Shown one piece after another: positions 37,187 through 46,400 of a stretch of 64,000 bases of DNA. The translations under genes and the position numbers were made by a program. Source of the DNA: Cyanobacteria bacterium RYN_339 (GTDB taxonomy: Bacteria > Cyanobacteriota > Sericytochromatia > S15B-MN24 > JAQBPE01); the NCBI GenBank assembly GCA_028287685.1, contig JAQBPE010000490.1:4642-68641 (forward strand). The letters run 5' to 3'. The first letter of the stretch is position 1. Each line of letters opens with the position of its first letter. The notes below the pieces were generated by a model. It saw nothing but the letters and a program-made list of their open reading frames with translations. It was not told the origin of the DNA and searched no databases.

Positions 37187-38467
37187 GGTGGGCTCTTCCG
37201 GGACGTTTTCCATCCCCTGGTAGAGCTTGCAGAGCTGCAGCGCGATGGCGCTGGGCGGCTGGGCCTTGTCGGAGCGGCCGTTCCAGTCCTTCAGGAACTG
37301 CGCCTCGGCCTGGGCGGGGGCGCGGCCGCCATGGACCTCCAGGTTGGTCTCGGCCACGGTCTCGAAGCCGCCCTTGGTCCAGTTGATCGAGCCCGCGAAG
37401 ACCGTTTCGCCGTCGATCACCGCGATCTTCATGTGCGCGGTCGTGAAGTCGTCGCCCACGTGGTACTGGCGCACGTCCATCTTGGCGGTCAAGAGCGCGT
37501 CCAGCGCCACGGCGTTGACCACGCCCTTGGGCGCCAGGTGGATCACCGGCACGAAGGGGTCGACGTTGCCGGGATCGAGCAGGATCTTCACGTCCACGCC
37601 GCGGCCGCGCGCCGCGATCAAGGCGTCGAGCACCGGGCCCGGGCCCAGCTCGTGCATCTGGAGGTGGATGCTGTGCTTGGCGCCGGCCAAGAGCGGCTTG
37701 AGGGCTTCGAAGCCGGTCTGGTGGCCCAGCCCGGTGCCGATCATGCGCACCTGCGACTGGTCGCCGCCCAGGCGGCCGAACAGGCCGGAGGCGGGCACGG
37801 CGTGGACCAGCAAGCCGGGGGCCTTGGCCTGCGGGTGGGCGGCGTACCACCAGTCGAAGTCGTGCTGGCGGGCCAGGTCGCGCGCCACGGGGCCCGTCAC
37901 GTGCATCATCAGGTCGTGGTAGTTGTAGAACTTCTTGGCGAGGTTCATCGAGCCCACCAGGGCCTCGCTCTCGTCGATCACGAAGTACTTGTTGTGGTCG
38001 ATCGTGTCGCCCTTCACCTTGGGCGGCAAGGGCGCCACGGAGTGGACCAGCACGGACACGCCGCCAGCTTTCAATTTCTCGTAGACGGGCAGGCACTGGC
38101 CGCGCATCTCCGGGATCTTGCCGAAGGCGCTGTCCAGCATCACGCGCACGTCCAGGCCGGCCTTGCGCTTGGCGATCAGGGCGTTGGCCAGGCGGTCGGC
38201 CGTGGGGCCGCCGAAGATGTAGTAGTCCAGCTTGATCGAGCGGGTGGCCTTCGCCACCAGCTTCTCCATGGCGTCGAAGGTGGCCATGTCGTAGAGCATG
38301 TCCACGTCGCCGCCGGAGAACTCCGGGGCGGGGAAGGCCGGCGGCGCGTCGGCGCCCTGGGCGGCCAGGTTGCCCGTCGGCAAGCCCGTGCCGGTCAGCG
38401 CGGTGCCGTGGCCGCAGGCGGTCACGAGCAGGCTGGTCAGGGCGGCAAGGGGAAGCTTGAAGCGCAC
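37181..38467 (-). CDS. Phospholipase D-family lipoprotein (two HKD motifs)
   Basis: GTG start with GGAGGA at -6; lipobox LLVTACG; HKD motifs IDHNKYFVIDESEALVGSMN and AHMKIAVIDGETVFAGSIN. Confidence 0.9.
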   Translation of the reverse strand: MRFKLPLAALTSLLVTACGHGTALTGTGLPTGNLAAQGADAPPAFPAPEFSGGDVDMLYDMATFDAMEKLVAKATRSIKLDYYIFGGPTADRLANALIAKRKAGLDVRVMLDSAFGKIPEMRGQCLPVYEKLKAGGVSVLVHSVAPLPPKVKGDTIDHNKYFVIDESEALVGSMNLAKKFYNYHDLMMHVTGPVARDLARQHDFDWWYAAHPQAKAPGLLVHAVPASGLFGRLGGDQSQVRMIGTGLGHQTGFEALKPLLAGAKHSIHLQMHELGPGPVLDALIAARGRGVDVKILLDPGNVDPFVPVIHLAPKGVVNAVALDALLTAKMDVRQYHVGDDFTTAHMKIAVIDGETVFAGSINWTKGGFETVAETNLEVHGGRAPAQAEAQFLKDWNGRSDKAQPPSAIALQLCKLYQGMENVPEEPTL

Positions 38468-38587
38468 GGTGGATCCTCCAGATGGGATCCGTTATCCGCC
38501 GGTGGGCTTGTCGTACCGGTTCAGGGCCGGTAAAGGTGCGGTTAAATGCTCGTAAAGCTTGCTGAGACCTTGCTCCTCGCGCGCGGC

Positions 38588-39007
38588 TTAGGCGGCCAGG
38601 CTCCGCGCGGTGGCGCGCTTCTGCGTCTGCAGCAGCATGTCCACCTGGATCCGGCGCACCAGGCCCTCTTCCAGCAGCAGCTCGCCCAGGCGCTTGCCGC
38701 TGGTGGCGCGGCGCTCCAGGGCTCCCACCAGCTGGCTGGGCTTGAGCACGCCGTGCTCGACCAGCAGCACGCCCAGGGGCGCGGTGCCAGGGGCGCCGGC
38801 CAGCTTCCGCTGCATCGCCAGGTAGCCGACCATGTCGCCGGGGCTCACCATGCCGAGCGAGAGCACGACCTGGCCGAAGGGGACGCGGCGGCCGCCGGCG
38901 CAGCGGGCTTCCCAGGCGGACAGCGCGCGGCGCGCCATCTCGGGGCTCAGGACGCCCTCGGTCTCGAGGATCGTGCACAACAACGGCTTCTTCTTGACCT
39001 GCTCCAC
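38588..39007 (-). CDS. Stand-alone MshEN/T2SSE_N-like protein, putative c-di-GMP receptor (paralog 1)
   Basis: GTG start with GAAGGAGG at -6. PLGVLLVEHGVLKPSQLVGALERR + ATSGK + RLGELLLEEGLVRRIQVDMLLQTQ gives two 24-residue motifs with a 5-residue spacer (nt 38621-38779). Confidence 0.8.
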   Translation of the reverse strand: MEQVKKKPLLCTILETEGVLSPEMARRALSAWEARCAGGRRVPFGQVVLSLGMVSPGDMVGYLAMQRKLAGAPGTAPLGVLLVEHGVLKPSQLVGALERRATSGKRLGELLLEEGLVRRIQVDMLLQTQKRATARSLAA

Positions 39008-39288
39008 CGGGGGCCTCCTTCATGCCTATCTAAACGCCCTCACAGGGGCGGCTAGCAGGGGAAGGACAGGCCCGGGCGTCCATGGCTTCCGGTTGAAGCC
39101 GACCCGGCGGATGCGCGACTACGTCAGCGCCGACGGGATCCCCCGGTCTGCCGGGGAGGTTGCAGAGCGAACTCGAGGTTCGAGATACCTGTCTACAAGA
39201 ACCCTATCCGGACACAACGACGCCACCTGACGTCAAATCTTCGTCAAGCGGCGTGAAATGGATGTGAAAGGCTTGTTAAGCGGAGATT

Positions 39289-39711
39289 CTAAGAGGCGAT
39301 CGGGCGGGCCTGGAACCGCAGCAGGACCTCGAGTTGGGGCGCGCGCAGCACGCCTTCGTCGATCAGCAGCTCGCCCAGGCGCTGGCCGGTGCGGGCCTGG
39401 AGCATCAGGGCCGCGAACACCTGGCTGGGGCGCAAGATCGCGTTCTCGATCAGCAGGTGTCCCAAAGGCTTGGCGCCGCCCGGCTTGAAGGCCAGCTTGC
39501 GCTGCAGATCCAGGAACGGCTGCATCTCGTGATCCGTCAGCATGCCGAGCGAGATCACGACCTGGCCGAAGGGCAGCACCTGACCGTCACGCTTGCGCTG
39601 GCCCCACTCTTGCAGAGCGGTATCCAGCTCCTCGCGGGTGAGCGCGTCCTCACGCATGAGGATCGTGTACAGCAGGGGCTTCTTGAGCGGCGTATCGAGC
39701 GACGAGGACAT
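39289..39711 (-). CDS. Stand-alone MshEN/T2SSE_N-like protein, putative c-di-GMP receptor (paralog 2)
   Basis: ATG 39711 (GGAG at -9) preferred over TTG 39717. PLGHLLIENAILRPSQVFAALMLQ + ARTGQ + RLGELLIDEGVLRAPQLEVLLRFQ (nt 39310-39468). Confidence 0.8.
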   Translation of the reverse strand: MSSSLDTPLKKPLLYTILMREDALTREELDTALQEWGQRKRDGQVLPFGQVVISLGMLTDHEMQPFLDLQRKLAFKPGGAKPLGHLLIENAILRPSQVFAALMLQARTGQRLGELLIDEGVLRAPQLEVLLRFQARPIAS

Positions 39712-39726
39712 GGGCAATCTCCAGGG

Positions 39727-39769
39727 GTGAAAGAAAAGAATCCCTTGCCGGTATTATCGGCAAGGGATT
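39727..39769 (-). terminator. Rho-independent terminator / leader attenuator hairpin
   Basis: Minus strand: AATCCCTTGCCG-ATAATAC-CGGCAAGGGATT forms a perfect 12-bp stem, followed by CTTTTCTTTC. The hairpin base (39739) lies 27 nt before the paralog-2 ATG at 39711. Confidence 0.65.
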
Positions 39770-39859
39770 GCTGTTAATTGTCTGTGTTTAATCAATCTTG
39801 CCGCAATCTTAACCGATCCGATACCGGATCTCGTGCGACAAGCCCAGGGGCTTGGGAGC

Positions 39860-40393
39860 CTACTCTTCGGCCGTGAGGGTCTGCGCGACCTTCTTGGCCT
39901 GGGCGATCCACTTGGTGACGGTGGCCAGCGACGGCGTGCCATCAACGAAGTGCGGCTTGAAGGCGTTGGCCTGGGCCACGCGCTCCGCCAGGTTGTCGGC
40001 ATCGCGGCGGGCCAGCTCCGTCACGGAGTCCACGCCCACGGCCTGCAGCAAGTTGGACTGGCGGACGCCCACGCCGTCGACCTTCATCAGGGCGACCTTC
40101 TGCGCGATCTTCAGGACGTTGGCGTAGGGGATGCCGGTGTCGTCCGCCAGCTTGTGGCGGCGGTAGCGGTTGGACGTGGACTCCAGCAGATCGCCGGTGT
40201 CCTTCACGCCAGCCTTGCGCAGCTTGGCGCCGTACACGGGGCCGATGCCCATCATGTCTTCGACGGGGTAGGCGCGCAGGGCGTCGACCGACTGCGCGGC
40301 AACGGTGGTGGAGGCCAGGGGGGCCGTGGGGGCGGCGTGGCAGCCGGCCAGCAGGGCGACGGCGGCGAGCAGGGACGCGGTCTTCGAGGTCAT
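39860..40393 (-). CDS. DUF4332-like (helix-hairpin-helix) lipoprotein
   Basis: AAGGAG SD; lipobox LLAGC; HhH-like GIGPVYGAKLRKAGV and VDGVGVRQSNLLQAVGV. Confidence 0.7.
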   Translation of the reverse strand: MTSKTASLLAAVALLAGCHAAPTAPLASTTVAAQSVDALRAYPVEDMMGIGPVYGAKLRKAGVKDTGDLLESTSNRYRRHKLADDTGIPYANVLKIAQKVALMKVDGVGVRQSNLLQAVGVDSVTELARRDADNLAERVAQANAFKPHFVDGTPSLATVTKWIAQAKKVAQTLTAEE

Positions 40394-40468
40394 GTGGTTG
40401 GGTCTCCTTGATGCTTATATAAACTGCTTTAAATTTGCTTTTAACCTAAAATTAGTATTAGCGACGAA

Positions 40469-40503
40469 GGCCCATGAACTTGCGTCCATGGGCCGTTTTT
40501 TTT
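40469..40503 (+). terminator. Intrinsic-terminator-like hairpin whose T-tract is on the plus strand
   Basis: ggcccatg-aacttgcgtc-catgggcc followed by g and T8 (40496-40503). It lies between two minus-strand genes, so the orientation is unexpected. Confidence 0.45.
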
Positions 40504-40511
40504 CAAAAAGA

Positions 40512-41060
40512 TCAGCGAGGCCCGCGCGGGTTCGGCAGCGGCGGCAGTTGCGGCGGGGGCAAGATCGGCCGGGGGCCGCCACCACCGCCACCCAGCGGCC
40601 GGATCCCGCGCACCACCTCCGGCTTGCCGGGCTGCTTGCGCTCGCCCGACCACAGGCACAGCCGCTCGCTGCGGGCCGCGAGCTGCGCCGCCACCAACTC
40701 GCCGGCATGGGCCTGGTTGGCGCCCATCGGCCCGACCCGCGCGTAGCCGGCCGCGATCACGCGTTCGTTCAGCAGCGTGCCGTCGGCCAGGTAGACGTAG
40801 GCCAACATGCCGCCGGCCGGGTCGCGCGCCTCCACGTCCCGCTCCACGCGGACGGGCTTGTCCAACGCCAACTGGCGTAGGAACACGAGCCCCGGCGCCG
40901 CGCAGGGGCCGGCGTCGCGCGCTTCCACCCCGATCAGCGTGATCGTGTCCGGTCCTACCCCGAGGTGCGCCACGTCGCCCACCCAGGTACACCGCCCCTC
41001 CGGGGCCGCCGTTACCGCCATCAAGAGCGGGAAAACCGCCAACCAAGCCAATCTGCGCAT
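40512..41060 (-). CDS. Thermonuclease (staphylococcal nuclease/SNase-like) family protein, exported, with Pro/Gly-rich tail
   Basis: ATG 41060 with GGGAGGGTGGAG SD; signal MRRLAWLAVFPLLMAVTA; SNase-like VRVERDVEARDPAGGMLAYVYLADGTLLNERVIAAGYA. Confidence 0.7.
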   Translation of the reverse strand: MRRLAWLAVFPLLMAVTAAPEGRCTWVGDVAHLGVGPDTITLIGVEARDAGPCAAPGLVFLRQLALDKPVRVERDVEARDPAGGMLAYVYLADGTLLNERVIAAGYARVGPMGANQAHAGELVAAQLAARSERLCLWSGERKQPGKPEVVRGIRPLGGGGGGPRPILPPPQLPPLPNPRGPR

Positions 41061-41122
41061 TGCTCCACCCTCCCGATCCACTCTAGCGCCAAAAACGGCC
41101 AGACCGGAGCGGCGGGCGGGGG

Positions 41123-42202
41123 TCAGTTGTCCAGGGCGTCGAGACGTAGATCGTCGTCGATGGCGTCGGAGCGCGGATCCGCGCCGCCCAGATCGGGCGG
41201 ACGGAGGCTGGCGGCGCGCCGGATCGCGCCGGGGTAGGCCCGGCCGCCCTGGCTGGTGGAGAGCACCTTGCGCGGCCGGCCGGCGCCGTCGTCGTCCACG
41301 ATCTCCACGCTGGCCTGCAGCACGTCCTCGTTGGTCTTGCCCACCAGCTTGGCGACGGGGTAGGCCGCCCAGGCGCGCCAACCGCCGGGCAGACCAGCCT
41401 GGTGGCTCTCCAGCGGCGCCACCACGTGGCCCTGGGCGTCGATTACCTGCATGGCGTCTGCCGCCGTCACATGGTCGTCCGTGATGCGCGCCTCGATCCA
41501 GAGGCGATCGCCCACCACGGTGCCCGCCACGGAGGCAGACAGATCGTTCGCGCCCTTCCAGCCCGCGCGGCCCTCGACCACGTCGGCGGCCGTCACCAGG
41601 CGGGTGGGGCGGCCCGGGAAGGCCAGCTTGGCCAGGCGCGGCGCCCAGACCTCGTGGTAGGCCTGGCGGCCCGCCAGCCCCATGCCCTTGCGCGTCACGA
41701 TCACGTAGCCCGTGATCAGGTTGTGGTCACGCTCGTGCATGTAGTCGAGATCGTTGGTAAAGGTGTCCGTGTGCGTCTTGCCGATGTGGCGCCAGGCGCC
41801 CGCTTGCCACAGGAAGCGGTCGGTGAGGCTCCAGCGCCAGTTCGAGCCGGCATAGTGGCGCAGCATCAGCACGCCGTCCCGGATGGCCAGCTCCTCGAAG
41901 GGGTCGCCGAAGACGCCGCCGCACTGCCGGCAGAGCACCGGCCCGGTGCTGGAGGCCCAGGGGCGCAACTTGCCGTCGCGGCCTCGCCGGGCGATCAGCA
42001 GCCAGCGCGGCGCTTCCTGGAGCTGCTCCTCGTCCTTGCGGCCCAGCGCCAGCGCCACGTCCGGGCGGCCATCGCCGTCCAGGTCGCCCTCGGCCTTGCC
42101 CAACACGGTCCAGGCGGGGCCGATCAAGGCCTCCGGGGTGGAGGCCGCGGGGAGCCACGGCAGGGTCGCCGCGAGGGCGGTCAGGATGCTTGCTTGCCAC
42201 AT
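41123..42202 (-). CDS. Hypothetical exported protein (FG-GAP/VCBS-like Ca-binding loop near N-terminus)
   Basis: Signal-like N-terminus; GDLDGDGRPDVALALG loop; consistent GC3-rich coding. No further motif recognised. Confidence 0.65.
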   Translation of the reverse strand: MWQASILTALAATLPWLPAASTPEALIGPAWTVLGKAEGDLDGDGRPDVALALGRKDEEQLQEAPRWLLIARRGRDGKLRPWASSTGPVLCRQCGGVFGDPFEELAIRDGVLMLRHYAGSNWRWSLTDRFLWQAGAWRHIGKTHTDTFTNDLDYMHERDHNLITGYVIVTRKGMGLAGRQAYHEVWAPRLAKLAFPGRPTRLVTAADVVEGRAGWKGANDLSASVAGTVVGDRLWIEARITDDHVTAADAMQVIDAQGHVVAPLESHQAGLPGGWRAWAAYPVAKLVGKTNEDVLQASVEIVDDDGAGRPRKVLSTSQGGRAYPGAIRRAASLRPPDLGGADPRSDAIDDDLRLDALDN

Positions 42203-42215
42203 GCCGCGGATTGTA

Positions 42216-43373
42216 TCACGCCTGCTCGTGCACGCCCTCCGGCAACCGTACAGACCAGGTGTGGGGCGGAGCTTCCGGTTCCAGGGCCAGCCCGCTCGGC
42301 GGCAGCGGCGCGTCGAAGACAGGCACGGGCCCGTGCGCCGGCCCGCGGGCCCGCGGCGCCAGATACAGGTTCTGCACCAGCACCTGGATCGTGGCGAGCA
42401 CGGGGATGGCGATCAGCGCGCCCGCGAAGCCGAACAGCTCCGCACCCACCAGGAGGGCGAAGAGCACCAGCACGGGCGACAGCGCCACGGAGCGCGAGAA
42501 GGCATAGGGCGCCACGAAGTTGCCTTGCAGGAAGTTGCCCACGGCGAAGATCGCGGCCGTCACCAGGGCCAGCTTCCACGAGACCGTCAGCGCCAGCAGG
42601 ATCGCCGGGATCGAGCCCAGGATCGAGCCCACCATCGGGATCAATTCGAGCATGCCCGCCACCAGCGCCAGCACCAGCGACATCGGCACGCCCGCGAGCG
42701 TCAGCGCCAGGCCCAGGTAGGCCGTCAGGCAGCCGATGCTCATGCCCAGCCCCTGCACGTAGCCGCCCAGCTTGAGCGCGATCGGGTCGAACTGCGCCGC
42801 CGCCCGGCCGCGGGCGCCCTCCGGGATCAGCGCGAGCAGGCCCTGCTTCAGCGTCGGCGCCTCCAACAGCACGAAGAAGGTCGCCACCAACACCACGGAG
42901 ATGTTGGCGGCGGCGCCGGCCGCCTTGCGGGCCAGCTCCACGCCGGAGGCCAGCCAGACCGCGGCGCGCGTCGAGACCTGGTCACTCAACACCTGGAGGT
43001 CCGGCAAGAGGTGGAAGCGGGTGTCGTGGGAGCGCAGCCAGGCGTACGACCCGGTCAGGCGGGCCGTGTAGCTGGGCAGCTCCTGGGAGAGCGCCTGCGC
43101 CTGCCCGATCAGGGTGGGCACCACGATGACGCCCACCACCACCAGCACGCCCACCGCCAGCCCGAACACGGCCAGGACCGCCGCCAGGCGCGGCCAATGC
43201 AGCCGGTCGTGGAAGTGCGCCACCGCGGGGCCCAGGGCGGCCGCCAGGATCAGCACCACGACGACCAACAGCAGGAGATCGACCAGGCGGGCCATCAGGT
43301 AGATGGCCCCCAGCAGGGCGAGCACGGCCACGGCGGAGCGCGGCGAGACGGCAATGGGGATCGGCTTTGCCAT
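42216..43373 (-). CDS. AI-2E family transporter (PerM/YhhT-like, UPF0118)
   Basis: About 8 TM segments with the typical family layout (LLLVVVVLILAAAL ... LELIPMVGSILGSIPAILLAL). Start is ATG 43373 or GTG 43409. Confidence 0.8.
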   Translation of the reverse strand: MAKPIPIAVSPRSAVAVLALLGAIYLMARLVDLLLLVVVVLILAAALGPAVAHFHDRLHWPRLAAVLAVFGLAVGVLVVVGVIVVPTLIGQAQALSQELPSYTARLTGSYAWLRSHDTRFHLLPDLQVLSDQVSTRAAVWLASGVELARKAAGAAANISVVLVATFFVLLEAPTLKQGLLALIPEGARGRAAAQFDPIALKLGGYVQGLGMSIGCLTAYLGLALTLAGVPMSLVLALVAGMLELIPMVGSILGSIPAILLALTVSWKLALVTAAIFAVGNFLQGNFVAPYAFSRSVALSPVLVLFALLVGAELFGFAGALIAIPVLATIQVLVQNLYLAPRARGPAHGPVPVFDAPLPPSGLALEPEAPPHTWSVRLPEGVHEQA

Positions 43374-43417
43374 GTCGGCGAGTCTACTGCGCCCGGCCGC
43401 CCGGCGCACCAGGCAGG

Positions 43418-46400
43418 CTAGCGCTTGGCGGCTGGATCCAAGGCCGTCGCCGCCGGCACCACGCTCTCCATGTCGGGCATCGGGCGGCGGAAGCGCGCGG
43501 TGGCCCGGTTGAAGAACTCTTGGATGTCGTCGATGAAGGTGTAGGCCGCGGGGATGACCACCAGCGTGAAGACCGTGGAGGTCACCAGGCCGCCGATCAC
43601 GGCCACCGCCATCGGCGACAGCCCCTCCGTGCCTTCGCCCAGCGCCAGGGCCATCGGCAGCATGCCGGCGATCATGGCGATCGTGGTCATCAGAATGGGC
43701 CGCAGGCGGTCGCGCCCGGCCGCCATCAGGGCCTCGCGGCGCTCCACGCCCCGGTGGCGCGCCATGATCGTGTACTCGACCAGCAGGATCGAGTTCTTCG
43801 TGACCAGGCCCATCAGCATGACGATGCCGATCAGCGCCATCAGGCCCAGCATCTTGTGCGCCAGCATCAGGCCGATCAGCGCGCCGCCGAACGACAGCGG
43901 CAGCGCCATCATGATCGTGAGCGGCTGCAGGAAGCCGCCGAAGAGCAGCACCAGCACCGCGTAGATGAACAGCACGGCCGTCACGAGGGCGATCGCGAAC
44001 TGGGTGAAGACCTCTTCCATGATGTTGGACTCGCCGCGCGTGCCCTGGCTGACGCCCGGGGGCAGGTTGTGCATCACGGGAAGCGCCTTGACCTTCTTCA
44101 GCGCGTCGCCCAGGTTGGCGTCGGTGCCCAGGTTGGCCGTGAAGGTCACCTGCCGCGCGCGGTCGAAGCGGTCGATTTGCACCGGGCCGGTGCCCATGTG
44201 CACGTCCGCCACGGTGCGCAGCGGCACCAGGCCGTTGCGGCCTTGCACCAGCAGGTCGCCCATGGCGGCCAGGTCCGTGCGCGCGGCGTCGGCCAGCTGG
44301 ACGCGGATGTCCACCTGTTGGTCGCCGGCGTTGTACTTGGGCAGGTTGAAGTCCACGTCGCCCTGGGTGCCCAGGCGCGCCGCGCGGCCGATGGCCATCA
44401 CGCTCACGCCCTGCTCCGCGGCGCGCGCGAAGTCGGGCACGATCTCCACCTCGGGGCGCAGCTCCGCGGCGCTGGAGGTCACGTCGCGCAGGTCCGGCAG
44501 GCCGCGCATCTGGGTGATCAGCTGCTCGCCCACGCGGCCGAGCGCGTCGGTGTCCGTGCCGGACAGCAGGATGTTCACGGGCTTGGCGCCGCCCACGCCG
44601 AAGTGGTGCAGCTCCACGCGGGCGCCGGGGATCTTGGCGAAGAGCGGCCGGACCGCCGCTTCGAACGCCGCCAGGGTGACGCTGCGCTCGCTGCGCGGCT
44701 TGAGCATCACGTTGATGTGGGCGCGGGCCACGTCGCCGCCGCCGATGGTCATGAAGACGGTCTTCACCTCCGGACGGCCTTGCACCATGGCCGCGGCGGC
44801 GGCGGTGGCGCGCTCCGTGTCGGCCAGCAGGCTGCCGGGCGGCAAGGCCACGTCGATGCGCGCCTGGCCGATGTCGCCGTTCTCGATGAAGCCGGTGGGG
44901 ATGAAGGGCACCAGCGCGCAGGAACCCACGAACATCACCACGGCGAAGGCCATGGTCAGCCAGCGGTGGTCGAGCGCCCAGGTCAGGATCGCGTTGTAGA
45001 CCCGGCGCCAGCGTGCATCGTCGTCCAGGTGGACCTCGGCTGCCACGCGCTCCGGCAGCATGTAAGCCGCCATCATCGGCGTCAGCGTACGGGCCACCAA
45101 CAGGGAGAACATGACGGCGATCGCCACCGTGATGCCGAACGACTTGAAGAACTGGCCCGTGATGCCGCTCATGAAGGCCACGGGCAGGAACACGGCCACG
45201 ATCGTGAAGGTGGTGGCGACGATCGCGAGGCCGATCTCATCCGTCGCCTCCAGCGCCGCGACGAAGGGCTTCTTGCCCAGGCCGATGTGCCGGTAGATGT
45301 TCTCGAGGTCCACGATCGCGTCGTCCACCAGGATGCCGACCACCAGCGTCAGGGCCAGCATCGTCAGCCCGTTCAGCGTGAAGTGCAGGACCTTCATGCA
45401 CGCGAAGGTGGCGATGATCGAGAGCGGGATGGCCAGGGCGGAGATGAAGGTGGACTGCCAGTTCCGGAGGAACAGCCAGATCACCAACACGGCCAGCACG
45501 GCGCCCACGACCAGGGCCTCCATGGTGGAGCGGAAGGTCTGGCGCGTGTAGTCGGCCATGGTGCGCACCAGCGTCAGCTCCACGTCGGCCGGCAGGCTCT
45601 TCTTGAGCTCCTCCACGGCCTTGACCGTGGCTTCCTCCGTCTGCACCTGGGGCGAGCCCTTGGAGCGCACGACGGAGAACGCCACGGACGGCTTGCCGTT
45701 CAGGAAGGCCTTGGTGCGGACCTCCTTCACGGTGTCTTCCACCGTGCCCAGCTGGTCCAGCCGGGCGAAGTTGCCGTTGCCCAGGCCGATGCGGGTGGCC
45801 TTGAGCTCGTCGATGCTGGCGGCGGACCCCAGCGTGCGGATGGACTGCTCCTTGCCGCCGGCATCCGCCCGGCCGCCCGGGCTGTTCACGTTCAACGCCT
45901 TCAGCTGCAGGCCCACCGCGTCCACCGTGGTGTTGAGCGCGCGCAAGCGGCCCGGATCCAGGGCGATGCGCACCTCGCGCGTCACGCCGCCCTCGCGGTC
46001 CACCTGCGAGACGCCGGAGACGCCCAAGAGCGCCCGGCTGATGTCGTGGTCCACCAGGTAGCTGAGCTCGGCCACGCTGCGCTTGGGCGACGCGAGCGAG
46101 TAGGTGATGAACGGCTCGCCCGCCCCGGTCGGGTGCATGATGTTGGGCTCGCGGATGTCGTTGGGGAGCGTCTGGCGCAGCTTGGAGACGGCGTCGCGCA
46201 CGTCGTTGAGCGCGCGCTCGGAGTTGGTGCCGACCTTGAACTCCGCCACGGTGGTGCTCGAGCCCTCCGTCACCGTGGACATGATGTGGTCCAGGTTGGC
46301 GATGCCGACCAGCCCGTCTTCGATCTTGCGCGTGACCTGGGTCTCCAGCTCCGTCGGGGCGGCGCCGGCCTGGCCGACGCTCACGACCACCACGGGGAAG

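Noticed and set aside
39165-39195. tRNA-like T-loop (ggttcgag) in the inter-MshEN spacer
   Set aside because: The flanking sequence cannot form a T-stem, acceptor stem or anticodon arm with tRNA geometry. It is only a local CTCGA/TCGAG palindrome.
39008-39859. c-di-GMP riboswitch (GEMM-I/II) in the leaders of the MshEN genes
   Set aside because: It was tempting given the downstream receptors. However, I could not find the conserved GEMM-I elements (GNRA tetraloop/receptor pair, ACGCAAAGCC-like core) or class II features by eye. This needs a covariance-model scan before any claim is made.
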